From IMG/VR virus record IMGVR_UViG_3300045988_142756: a DNA stretch of 64,000 nucleotides, one strand, 5' to 3'. Both the position numbers and the translations under genes were made by a program. Position 1 is the first letter of the stretch, and every line of letters begins with the position of its first letter. Origin of the DNA: a virus. Below the pieces are notes generated by a model. That model was not told the origin of the DNA. It saw only the letters and a program-made list of their open reading frames with translations, and ran no database searches. Below are positions 40,784-50,359 of the stretch, piece after piece.

Positions 40784-43743
40784 GCAAATCAGTTATAATA
40801 AATGATATAAACAATGCTTCTCCTAATGTTACTACCCATATAATACCCGCGATTAGGGCTATAAATAAAGGCAGTAATTACGACGATTTAGGAAATAAAC
40901 CTATATATAATATAAATTTATTGGAAGAAGGTTTTGAGCCGATAGAAGGCGAATATTACCGTCATACAGGGGAAACTAATAATACTTTTACAACGGGCGT
41001 TATTTATTATTATAAAGAAGGCATATATACCCCTATAACAGGTAGTGTAAAAAGTACATCTAATAATTTTGCTTGCACTGGAATATTAGAAAAAAGTAAA
41101 TGGGTAGATAAAAGTATAGTATATACAGAACCTAAATCACTTAAATACTATGATGTTAGTAGTTACACAGAAAAAGTAAAATGTGCTGGAATTAAAAATA
41201 ATATTTTATATCAATTTAATTCTAACGGATATCATAAAACAAATTTAGAAAATCCTGATGCTCACGAATTTATTAGTTGGAGTTCAACAGGTATTGAAAA
41301 CCTTGACGGAAATGTAGACCCGATAATGTGTACTACCGGTATATATGGTGCTTATGGTGAAGCATTATATATATTATGTAGTGGAAATGGAACAAGTAAT
41401 CCCGTAATTATTATGTTTGATGTACCACAATATAATTATGTTGATTATATAGTTGCTACTGAACTGAAAGGTAACATATCGTCTATTATTGTATTACCTG
41501 CAACTAATGGAGAAGAATCACCAAATGTATGGGGAATAAAAGATAATACAAAACTTATACAATTCGGAGATACAGGTACACCGGATAAATTTAGTATTGA
41601 TTTACCTGAAAGAATAAGTGATTCTAATTTATGTATATATAATAATGAATTATATATTACAGGCGGAAGCATAAAAAATATATATAAATTTAATTTTGAT
41701 ACGAAAGAAATAACTAAGGTATGTACTGTACCTAATTATTTTGGTCCGTCTTTAGTAGACGCACCTTGTTATGCTATCGTAATCAATGATAAAATATATG
41801 GTATAGATACTTCTAATAATTTAGTTGTATATGATATGAGTGGCGCTAAAATCGGAGAAGTACCAAAAATATTAACTAACGAAGATTATAGCAGCCCTAT
41901 ATTCTATTGTACATTTATTTACCATAATAGCAATTTATATATATCACATTGCTTGGCACAAGGTTATAATAACCCAGTTGGATTTGTTATTTCCGAATTA
42001 AAAGATATTAGGTATGAATATTCTATTGAAAACGAAGGAATAAAGGAAAATTCTGCAACAAGTATAAGTCTTAACAGTAATTATCCTATAATAGATGCGA
42101 CTAAGACACAAGGAAAAATATCACTTATAAGTAATAATACACCTGACGATAATAAGTATTCAATAATTCAAGTACCTACGCAAGATACAGGTATATTAGA
42201 AGTATTAAATACTTATAGAATACAAAAAATATCAGAAGTAGAAAATGATAGAGGTTTTGTTACAGATAAACAAGTAAATAGTGCTATTAAATCTTTTAAT
42301 CAAACATATCAACCTGATTGGGAAGAAGAAAATCCAAATTCTGTAACATATATTAAAAATAAAGATAATGTTAATTATACATTAACAGAATCAGATTGGA
42401 CTGATGACTGTTTTTCGTCAAGTAACATTACACTTACTACCACTGAGGGTGAATATTTAAGTGACTATGGTCAACTTAATAATGATAATATTATTACACA
42501 AGGAAAAATAACATTAAATGACGAAACAAGTGACGTATTAGTTAGAAGAATAAATTATTCCCTTACGGACGAATTCAAAAAATTAGTTAATAATAGTATA
42601 TTTTACACAGTTGATGGTATAGAATACAAACAACTCATATTAAATGGAATACCTGAAAATGAAGAAATAGCACAAATACAGTGTATAGAGAATCCTCCTA
42701 CAGGTGACCCGTTCTTATGGGTGGTTCATACTGGTGACGAAAACCGTGAATTAGACGATAACCCAACGTATGAATCAAAAGATGGAGTAAATTATACTGT
42801 AAGTACAAGGTTTAAGGGCAAATACAGAATCTATGCTACAGAAGATATGTGGATATGTAATTTAAGTTCAAGAAAATATGATAGTAGTTCAGGAAAATAT
42901 TATCAAACAATTGAACAGACTAATAATAAAAATGTTGCTTATTGGGATACGGTTACTTTCAATGTAGATAGAGATGCGTATTATACTGATGTACAAGTAT
43001 GTAAAGACGAAGGTAAAACATATTTTATGCTACAAAGTGAAAATACAAATGTTATAAAAAGAAATAGCGCATCTATAGGTTATTGGCAATCTGTATATAA
43101 ACCAGCTTCTACAATTAAATTTAATCTTATAAGGTGTATTGGCGATTATATATTTGTATTTGATACAAGTGGAAATTTATTACGAGCACATATCTACACT
43201 ACGCCTGGAAGTACAATTGACATTGACTTTCCTAATAATTTAGGTAAACCACGTAATAAAAATATAGAAGCGTTAAAATATCTAAACAAACGTTATATAT
43301 ATTCTGATTATGCTTCTTCTGGGACTTATTATATTTATAATTTCGGTGCTAACTTTGAAGGTAATCCTACATTTGATACTGCTACTAAGTATATTTCGCA
43401 CGGAGCATCTATGCCAAGATTATTATATTGTATAAATGGTAGATACTTAGGATTAGACAATACTTCAACAGCAAAGAATACAAAGGTTGTATATACAGAT
43501 GTATTACAAAATCCTTCGTATTCAAGAATTGTATTCGATAGTTATTTTTATCACGATTATCATCAAAACAATACAGACAGTAAAATTAGATTATATAAAT
43601 ATAAAAGTGCTCATAATATAAGCAGAAACGAAAAAACAGGTAACTTTTATAGTAAATATGGTGAAAAACCTACAATTCATATAACTGCAATACCTGCGGC
43701 AGTTAGATTTGATTTAGTGGTGAATGAATATGCAGAAGTATAA
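40780..43743 (+). CDS. large tail protein (987 aa) with Kelch-like repeat region
   Basis: NNELYITGGSIKNIYKFNFDTKEITKV...INDKIYGIDTSNNLVVYDMSG resembles Kelch blades. ATGA overlap. Confidence 0.65.
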   Translation: MSKSVIINDINNASPNVTTHIIPAIRAINKGSNYDDLGNKPIYNINLLEEGFEPIEGEYYRHTGETNNTFTTGVIYYYKEGIYTPITGSVKSTSNNFACTGILEKSKWVDKSIVYTEPKSLKYYDVSSYTEKVKCAGIKNNILYQFNSNGYHKTNLENPDAHEFISWSSTGIENLDGNVDPIMCTTGIYGAYGEALYILCSGNGTSNPVIIMFDVPQYNYVDYIVATELKGNISSIIVLPATNGEESPNVWGIKDNTKLIQFGDTGTPDKFSIDLPERISDSNLCIYNNELYITGGSIKNIYKFNFDTKEITKVCTVPNYFGPSLVDAPCYAIVINDKIYGIDTSNNLVVYDMSGAKIGEVPKILTNEDYSSPIFYCTFIYHNSNLYISHCLAQGYNNPVGFVISELKDIRYEYSIENEGIKENSATSISLNSNYPIIDATKTQGKISLISNNTPDDNKYSIIQVPTQDTGILEVLNTYRIQKISEVENDRGFVTDKQVNSAIKSFNQTYQPDWEEENPNSVTYIKNKDNVNYTLTESDWTDDCFSSSNITLTTTEGEYLSDYGQLNNDNIITQGKITLNDETSDVLVRRINYSLTDEFKKLVNNSIFYTVDGIEYKQLILNGIPENEEIAQIQCIENPPTGDPFLWVVHTGDENRELDDNPTYESKDGVNYTVSTRFKGKYRIYATEDMWICNLSSRKYDSSSGKYYQTIEQTNNKNVAYWDTVTFNVDRDAYYTDVQVCKDEGKTYFMLQSENTNVIKRNSASIGYWQSVYKPASTIKFNLIRCIGDYIFVFDTSGNLLRAHIYTTPGSTIDIDFPNNLGKPRNKNIEALKYLNKRYIYSDYASSGTYYIYNFGANFEGNPTFDTATKYISHGASMPRLLYCINGRYLGLDNTSTAKNTKVVYTDVLQNPSYSRIVFDSYFYHDYHQNNTDSKIRLYKYKSAHNISRNEKTGNFYSKYGEKPTIHITAIPAAVRFDLVVNEYAEV

Positions 43744-44089
43744 TATTATAAAAGATTCAGTTATAACTGACGATATAGATATACCGGATATTGTATTTAT
43801 AAATGACGAATATGAAGACCCTACCATAACAACCTATATTATGACTGGGGTCAGAGCAATAGTAGGTGAAAAAGCGTGGATATTTAATACCACTGAAGAA
43901 ATGAATGAGTGGTTAAATAATCCGGCTAATGTAAAGAAATTAAATGCAGGCGACGATATAAGAATAATAGCAGAAGGTGCTTCTAACTATTGGTGGGACG
44001 GTAACCAACTTAGAGTTACGGCGTCCGGTTTAACAATAGAGGAAGTAGCAAGAACTTATAAAGAAGCCGTTAATAATGTATTTAAGTAA
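43724..44089 (+). CDS. hypothetical tail-fibre-region protein
   Basis: 121 aa; overlaps the end of the previous gene. Confidence 0.5.
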   Translation: MNMQKYNIIKDSVITDDIDIPDIVFINDEYEDPTITTYIMTGVRAIVGEKAWIFNTTEEMNEWLNNPANVKKLNAGDDIRIIAEGASNYWWDGNQLRVTASGLTIEEVARTYKEAVNNVFK

Positions 44090-44103
44090 AGAGGTAGATA
44101 AAG

Positions 44104-44505
44104 ATGAATCCATTTATACCAGCATTACAAGAAATTAAAAATTATATAGATTCAAAAATAAAACCAGCAGATTTATCTAAGATATCACCACAAACTGCTG
44201 ACCCTTCTATAATATACCTTAATAACGCTGATAATAGTTATGAAAAAGGTATGTTGTATAAGGTGTATCTGCAATATGATAAAATGACTTGGGTTAAATT
44301 TGCAACTGATAATACTGTTGTTTATAGAAAAAACACTGCCTCAGATAGATGGGTTATAAACCATAATCTTAACAAATTACCTGTTAATGTAATTGTTAAA
44401 GATAGTGCAGGTTCTATAATAATACCAGATATATCATATAAAGATACTAACACAATTGAATTACTTTTTGCATTCCCTACAACCGGAAGTGCTTATATAA
44501 ATTAA
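44104..44505 (+). CDS. hypothetical tail-fibre-region protein
   Basis: AGAGG RBS; 133 aa. Confidence 0.55.
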   Translation: MNPFIPALQEIKNYIDSKIKPADLSKISPQTADPSIIYLNNADNSYEKGMLYKVYLQYDKMTWVKFATDNTVVYRKNTASDRWVINHNLNKLPVNVIVKDSAGSIIIPDISYKDTNTIELLFAFPTTGSAYIN

Positions 44506-44517
44506 AGGAGAAAGAAT

Positions 44518-46428
44518 ATGCCGAGTTTTTATAACAATATTAACTTGAACAAATGTGAATTACAAAATGCTGTAATTCAGAATTTAACAACGGCACCAGA
44601 AAATGCTAAGATGGGTCAGCATTACTATAATACTGCTGATAAAACAGAGTACATTTACAACGGTACAACGTGGATTCCTATTGCATCTGGTGATGGCACA
44701 ATTAAGAGTGTTACTGCTGGTAATGGTTTAACCGGTGGTGGTAGCACGGCTAATGTAACTGTATCTATGGGTACACCCAGTGATGTAACACTTACTTCTG
44801 CGAATGAAGTAACAAATGAATCACACACTCATAAATTAGTTATTCCTGATGCAACTGCATCTGCAAAAGGTCTTGCACAAAAAGCAACAGACGCAGAATT
44901 AACTGCTGGTACTGATGACACTAAATTTATTTCGCCTAAGCAGTTAAAAACTGGTATTGCTAATAAATTAGACAAGAATACAGCAATAACTGGTGCAACT
45001 AAATGTAAGATTACTTATGATAGTAAAGGTCTTGTAACCAAAGGTGAGAATTTAAGTGCTTCCGATATTCCTGACCTTACATTATCAAAGATAACTGATG
45101 TAACTGCCTCTACTACTGAGGTAAATTATCTTGTAGGAGTTACATCAGGTATTCAAGAACAATTAAATAGTAAAGCGACTGGAACTGCATTAACGAGTCA
45201 CATAAACAATACAGAAAACCCGCACAGCGTTACTAAAACTCAGGTTGGATTAGGTAATGTTACAAATGACGCTCAGGTAAAAAGAAGTGAAATGGGTGCA
45301 GCAAGTGGTGTTGCAACACTTGACGCAAATGCTAAAATACCAACAGCACAATTACCTGATTATATTTTGGGTCAATTACTTTATGGCGGCAACGTAGCAG
45401 CAGGTCCTATTGCTACATTATCAGTAAATGCAAAAGCAAAATTAAATACCACATCAACAACAATTACCTTAACTAATGATAATACTGCTACAACAGGTTA
45501 TGTATCTAATAACGGTATTTATTATATCGCTACTGAAACATTTACTTTTGCTGGTATAGAATTTAAGGTAGGTGACTGGTTACTTTCTAACGGCAGTGCT
45601 TGGACGAAGATTGACAATACGGATGCTGTAACAGGCGTTAAAGGTGATAAAGAATCAAGTTATAGAATAGGAAATGTTAATATAACTCCTGCTAATATTG
45701 GCGCTTTACCAGATACTACAACAGCGACAGATATTGGTGCATTACCCGATACTACAACTTATGTAAGTTCTATTAAAGAAGGTACTGCTAACGGAACTAT
45801 TGGCGTATCTACAAAAGGTGGCGCAGCAGTAAATGTTGCTGTCCACGGATTAGGTTCGGCTGCATATAAAACAGTAGGTAGTGCAATAGGTAACTTGCCT
45901 GAGGTTGGTACTGCGTTAGGTACTACTGCTAATGTTCCTGTTTTAGTTAATGCGTCTGGAAAACTTATTCCGGGCAAAGCAGCAATAGGTGATGCCGCTT
46001 ATAAAGGAGTTGCTACTGAATTACAAAGCGGCAATAATAACCTTGTTACAAGTGGTTTAGTTGCTGACGCTATTGCAGGATTAGATAAAGGTACTGTTAC
46101 GAGTGTTGCATTATCAATGCCTACTGGATTTACCGTTGCAGGTTCTCCTATAACAACAGCAGGCACATTAAATGTAACATTAGCAAATGGTTATTCGTTA
46201 CTTAGGAAAAAGGCATTTACAATAAGTGCTGCAACAGCAGTAGATTCAGGAACAGATGCTTCTTATACATTAACACATAGTTTTGGAACGCAAGAAGTTG
46301 TCGTTACAATACGAGAAACTGCAACAAATGAAGTTGTATATGCAGATGTTGTATTAGCGGCAAATTCTATAACAGTAACATTTGCAGAAAAAGCAACACA
46401 AACTTTCTCAGTTGTTGTTATGGCATAA
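44518..46428 (+). CDS. tail fibre protein
   Basis: The N-terminus NINLNKCELQNAVIQNLTTAPENAKMGQHYYNT...YIYNGTTWIPI is typical of fibre proteins. Also TASAKGLAQKATDAELTAGTDDTKFISPKQL and the tandem IGALPDTTT repeat. Confidence 0.75.
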   Translation: MPSFYNNINLNKCELQNAVIQNLTTAPENAKMGQHYYNTADKTEYIYNGTTWIPIASGDGTIKSVTAGNGLTGGGSTANVTVSMGTPSDVTLTSANEVTNESHTHKLVIPDATASAKGLAQKATDAELTAGTDDTKFISPKQLKTGIANKLDKNTAITGATKCKITYDSKGLVTKGENLSASDIPDLTLSKITDVTASTTEVNYLVGVTSGIQEQLNSKATGTALTSHINNTENPHSVTKTQVGLGNVTNDAQVKRSEMGAASGVATLDANAKIPTAQLPDYILGQLLYGGNVAAGPIATLSVNAKAKLNTTSTTITLTNDNTATTGYVSNNGIYYIATETFTFAGIEFKVGDWLLSNGSAWTKIDNTDAVTGVKGDKESSYRIGNVNITPANIGALPDTTTATDIGALPDTTTYVSSIKEGTANGTIGVSTKGGAAVNVAVHGLGSAAYKTVGSAIGNLPEVGTALGTTANVPVLVNASGKLIPGKAAIGDAAYKGVATELQSGNNNLVTSGLVADAIAGLDKGTVTSVALSMPTGFTVAGSPITTAGTLNVTLANGYSLLRKKAFTISAATAVDSGTDASYTLTHSFGTQEVVVTIRETATNEVVYADVVLAANSITVTFAEKATQTFSVVVMA

Positions 46429-46474
46429 ATATACTAATCAGCGTATTCTAATAAAATAGTAATGAGGAACTAAT

Positions 46475-47797
46475 ATGAAGAATTATTCAAAAATAACAGA
46501 AAACAAAGATATTTTAACAAAGGAATACGCTGATTCTACTTATGCAAAATTAAGTGGCGGCGTTACTTATACAAAGTTAGTAGGCTCAGTTAATTTTACC
46601 GTAACACCTTATACTAATGACCCTTATTTTTTAGACCAGAATGCAGCAACGTGGTCAGAAAATTCAGTTGTTGGTAACAAAGCATTAACAAGTACAACTG
46701 ATATTGGACTATTTATTGGTAATTCTTATGGAATGACAGTAAATATTCAGGGTACATCATATTATCGTACGGCTACGGCACAAGATGGAAGTAGTTATGG
46801 AATACCTGGTACTAAGATACTATTATTTAGTATGGGAGATACAGAATTTTATATATACGACCACTGTACTATTGTAGGAGGTAATGCACAAGCAGGGAAT
46901 GGGTGTGTTATAGCTACAAATTTAAGTACTGACATAACAATAGCAAATATAAATTATTTTTCAGGTGACCGTGGAATAATAAACCCTGTTACAATTACTA
47001 ATTCAGCAATTAAAACAAATAGTGCTGTTACAATGTATATCAATACAGATAATGTTATTAACGGCACAAAAACAAATGGCGACATTACACTCACAGCAAG
47101 TAGTATAGGTTCTGTAAATTATGAATTAGAAATATTTGCTACTACAACAGAAGGTCTCTTTGAAATAATAAATACATATAAACCTGTATTAACAGAATAT
47201 ATGGTATCAGATTGGGGTTTTACAAAAAATACAGGTACTGTTACTGCCATAATTGCTAACGGACATCAATATGACCCAGAAGGTAGCATTGTTGACCTTA
47301 ATACAGTTGTAAAATCAGTACAGGCTAATGGAACAAATTTTAACCCTGACGCAACAGGTAAAGTTGATTTAGGTAATATTGGTGGTGGTTCAGGGCCTTT
47401 ACAATTTGCTGACACTGTTGTTATGACAGAGGCTGAATTTTCCGAAGCGTATCTGGCTGGCACTTTACAAGATGATAAACTATATTTAATTGAAGGCGAG
47501 ACAGGAACGGTGAATTTCGTTTCTACTGCTGACCACATAGTTTATAATAGTGCTAATTCTGGACTTACAGCAACGAATGTACAAGGTGCTGTTGACGAAA
47601 TAAATAGTAAACTATTTAGTGGTTCTTATAACGATTTAACCGATAAATTAACGCACACAGACATATTAACATTGTTAAATTTAACCGAGGAACAATTAAC
47701 CAAATTGATTGCATTGCTCAATAAACTTACGGTTGATACTACAAGTGTTAAGTTTAATAATACTACTGTTAAAGCGACAACCTTTGACGTTCAGTAG
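46475..47797 (+). CDS. tail fibre or receptor-binding-like protein
   Basis: 440 aa, T/N/G-rich and beta-rich; GAGGAA RBS. Confidence 0.55.
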   Translation: MKNYSKITENKDILTKEYADSTYAKLSGGVTYTKLVGSVNFTVTPYTNDPYFLDQNAATWSENSVVGNKALTSTTDIGLFIGNSYGMTVNIQGTSYYRTATAQDGSSYGIPGTKILLFSMGDTEFYIYDHCTIVGGNAQAGNGCVIATNLSTDITIANINYFSGDRGIINPVTITNSAIKTNSAVTMYINTDNVINGTKTNGDITLTASSIGSVNYELEIFATTTEGLFEIINTYKPVLTEYMVSDWGFTKNTGTVTAIIANGHQYDPEGSIVDLNTVVKSVQANGTNFNPDATGKVDLGNIGGGSGPLQFADTVVMTEAEFSEAYLAGTLQDDKLYLIEGETGTVNFVSTADHIVYNSANSGLTATNVQGAVDEINSKLFSGSYNDLTDKLTHTDILTLLNLTEEQLTKLIALLNKLTVDTTSVKFNNTTVKATTFDVQ

Positions 47798-47808
47798 TGA
47801 GGTGAGTT

Positions 47809-48336
47809 ATGCCTATTTATGTTTATAAAATGAACAAACAAATTAGCACAAATGCTATAAGAAACACTAAGCCAGTTAAAGCAATTTACGCTAAAGAACA
47901 AGAACAAGAAGCCGTTTGTGTTTGGGGTATTAACTTAAATATTGTACCTTTTACATATACTAAAAGTGAAACATCAATAACAATAACTGGATTAAAAAAC
48001 GGCGTTAATATGCAACATTTAAGGGTCCCTGAAGCAATTGAAGATTTGCCAGTTACTCTAATTACCTACGACGCATTTAAGAATAACACAGTATTGAAAT
48101 CGATTAAATTACCAAATTCCTTAAATAGTATCGGAATTCGTGCCTTCCAAGGTTGCTCCGGGCTTACGAGCATAACCATTCCGGATAGTGTAACGAATAT
48201 AAGTGGTTCTGCCTTCCGTGGTTGCTCCGGGCTTACGAGTGTGACAATCGGTAGCGGTATAAAATTTATGGACAGTTATGCTTTTTATGGTTGTTACAAC
48301 CTTCAAAACATATATGTCACGGATATAGTAGCGTGA
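47809..48336 (+). CDS. BspA-type leucine-rich-repeat protein, N-terminal part, ending at an in-frame TGA
   Basis: Repeats [24 protein letters not shown]. It stops at ...YVTDIVA-TGA, where related LRR proteins have a Trp (AWC). Confidence 0.65.
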   Translation: MPIYVYKMNKQISTNAIRNTKPVKAIYAKEQEQEAVCVWGINLNIVPFTYTKSETSITITGLKNGVNMQHLRVPEAIEDLPVTLITYDAFKNNTVLKSIKLPNSLNSIGIRAFQGCSGLTSITIPDSVTNISGSAFRGCSGLTSVTIGSGIKFMDSYAFYGCYNLQNIYVTDIVA

Positions 48337-48360
48337 TGTGGCATTAGTGGATTAGAAGGT

Positions 48361-48672
48361 TTGATGGAATATGGCTCAAGCAACAAGAAGTTGTATATAA
48401 ACAATGAACTTGCCACATCCATTACAATCCATAATGGTGTAACGAAAATCGGTGGTTCTGCCTTCCGTGGTTGCTCCGGGCTTACGAGTGTGACAATCCC
48501 AGACAGCGTAACGAGTATCGGCGTGCGTGTCTTCTATAATTGCTCCGGGCTTACGAGCATAACTTTTAATGGAACAAAAGCACAGTGGAACGCAATTTCA
48601 AAAGGCAATCAGTGGAATCTACAAACAGGTAACTATACAATTCATTGTACAGACGGAGATATACCTAAATAA
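48361..48672 (+). CDS. BspA-type LRR protein, C-terminal part; same frame as 47809..48336
   Basis: Only the single TGA at 48334-48336 separates the two ORFs. ATG at 48364 has a weak GAAGG RBS. The repeats continue as [24 protein letters not shown]. Confidence 0.5.
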   Translation: MMEYGSSNKKLYINNELATSITIHNGVTKIGGSAFRGCSGLTSVTIPDSVTSIGVRVFYNCSGLTSITFNGTKAQWNAISKGNQWNLQTGNYTIHCTDGDIPK

Positions 48673-49256
48673 TGGCAACAAATTATAAAATCAATAATGT
48701 CGATATAGACAGTATATATGAAACTTTCACTACTTCGGTTGCTCAACAATACGGTGTAACAGATAGTAAATTTACCGATTCTACTGTCAAATTTAAGAAA
48801 AACGGGCAACCATTGAAAACTGCCATTGGAAAAACATTCCCCACAAGTGCAGATACACATTTAGGTGGTTCAAACACCTGTACTCAATACAAAGTAAATG
48901 GACAACCGATTGATGTCGCTCTTAAAGGTTGCCGACCCATAGGAATTCCATTAGCAACATTATCCGTAGGCACACACTATATAAATAGAGTAAATGGAGA
49001 AACGTGGCTTTCAACAAGTGCTAATTCTGCAACAGGAACTCGTTTAGATTACAATCCTAAGTTTATTTTTGTAGAACTTCAAGGTGGTGGTGGCGGTGGA
49101 GCATCTGCATTTGCTAATGGTTCAAATGGCGACCGTAGAGAAAAACCCTCGTCACCGGGTATTCAAGGAAGTGGCGGTGCAGGTGCGGGGTTCCACGCAG
49201 GTCGTGCTAATCCAGGTATTGAAGGTGGCGATGGTCTTGCAATTATTTATTATTAG
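48672..49256 (+). CDS. glycine-rich-domain protein of the tail-fibre region
   Basis: ELQGGGGGGASAFANGSNG...GSGGAGAGFHAG...GGDGLAIIYY. Confidence 0.6.
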   Translation: MATNYKINNVDIDSIYETFTTSVAQQYGVTDSKFTDSTVKFKKNGQPLKTAIGKTFPTSADTHLGGSNTCTQYKVNGQPIDVALKGCRPIGIPLATLSVGTHYINRVNGETWLSTSANSATGTRLDYNPKFIFVELQGGGGGGASAFANGSNGDRREKPSSPGIQGSGGAGAGFHAGRANPGIEGGDGLAIIYY

Positions 49257-49267
49257 GAGACACAATT

Positions 49268-49765
49268 ATGGCTGTATGTGAAAACGCAACAGGACAATAT
49301 TATAAAGTTCTTTTAGAAAACAGTTATATAAAAGACGGGTTCGTTTTTGTGTCGGTTGTACGATATCCAAATCAGGAAGAACGAGACCGCGAAAAGGCAA
49401 GAGAAAAGCAGTTGTCATTGTTTTTAACAAACGCAAAACAGCGATATTTAGAAATACTTTCCGAAAGTCAAGACCAAAACACTGAAAGTGAAATACAGTA
49501 CGAAGAGGAATTTGAAAGGATAATATATACTGTTGAAAACTTTTCGACAATAAGAATAGGTCAAACATATCCTGTAATAACAATTTCTGATAAAACAAAA
49601 CAAGAGATAAACAGTCTTGGATTTTCAGATGATTTTATAACTAACCCAGTATTAGTTATTGATTATATTACTATTAACTGTGGTACATATGATAAAATGC
49701 CATTATCACTTGAATATCTATATGAAAAATTAAAGGGCAGAATGTCAGAAATAACGAATGTTTGA
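49268..49765 (+). CDS. hypothetical protein
   Basis: TAGGAG RBS; 165 aa. Confidence 0.55.
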   Translation: MAVCENATGQYYKVLLENSYIKDGFVFVSVVRYPNQEERDREKAREKQLSLFLTNAKQRYLEILSESQDQNTESEIQYEEEFERIIYTVENFSTIRIGQTYPVITISDKTKQEINSLGFSDDFITNPVLVIDYITINCGTYDKMPLSLEYLYEKLKGRMSEITNV

Positions 49766-49805
49766 ATTATATAAAACTAAATATTTATATGATAAGGAAA
49801 AGATT

Positions 49806-49931
49806 ATGGAACCATCAAATGATAACGGAAGAGAACTATTTATAGTTTTCTGTATTTGTACATTTTTTATTGGATTAGTATATCTGTTATTACACATATC
49901 TGGCACAGAAATCGGAAATATAAAATTTTAA
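49806..49931 (+). CDS. small single-pass membrane protein (41 aa)
   Basis: AAGGAAAAG precedes the ATG. MEPSNDNGRELFIVFCICTFFIGLVYLLLHISGTEIGNIKF. Below the track cutoff. Confidence 0.4.
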   Translation: MEPSNDNGRELFIVFCICTFFIGLVYLLLHISGTEIGNIKF

Positions 49932-49940
49932 CTAATCTAA

Positions 49941-49957
49941 TAAAATAAGTATGTAAT
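49941..49957 (+). promoter_or_regulatory. candidate late-type core TAAAAT-N5-TGTAAT
   Basis: Near-duplicate of the element at 15081-15097. Confidence 0.25.
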
Positions 49958-49980
49958 TATAATTAAAAGGAAATAATATA

Positions 49981-50358
49981 ATGAGCATAGAAATACAAGG
50001 TGCAAAACAAAGCCCAAGATATGAAGATAAAATATGGTATTGGTATTATGGCAATACCTTTACTTTGTCGTGGAAATTACTTCTTAAAGTAAATGGAATA
50101 CCTATGGATATTAAAGATACAGATTATGTTACATTTACTTTTAATCAGTGTTGTAGAACTGTTTATACTTTTACTTGCGAAAATATTATTGATAATACTT
50201 GCATACTTGATTTTACACAAGAAATTTCTAAAAAATTCAGACCTGGTGATTATACATTTTGTATAGATTTTTATGAGAGAATAGACGAAAATAATATTCG
50301 TAGAACTACTATTGGAACAGCAGAACAAAACAGAATTATTGTAGAGGAGTGCCATTAA
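49981..50358 (+). CDS. hypothetical beta-rich protein
   Basis: AAAAGGA RBS; 125 aa. Confidence 0.55.
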   Translation: MSIEIQGAKQSPRYEDKIWYWYYGNTFTLSWKLLLKVNGIPMDIKDTDYVTFTFNQCCRTVYTFTCENIIDNTCILDFTQEISKKFRPGDYTFCIDFYERIDENNIRRTTIGTAEQNRIIVEECH

Positions 50359-50359
50359 A

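Noticed and set aside
48153-48563. A diversity-generating retroelement (template/variable repeat pair) in the LRR gene.
   Set aside because: The repeats are perfectly identical rather than differing at adenines. No reverse transcriptase is present in the window. The repeats coincide with LRR units.
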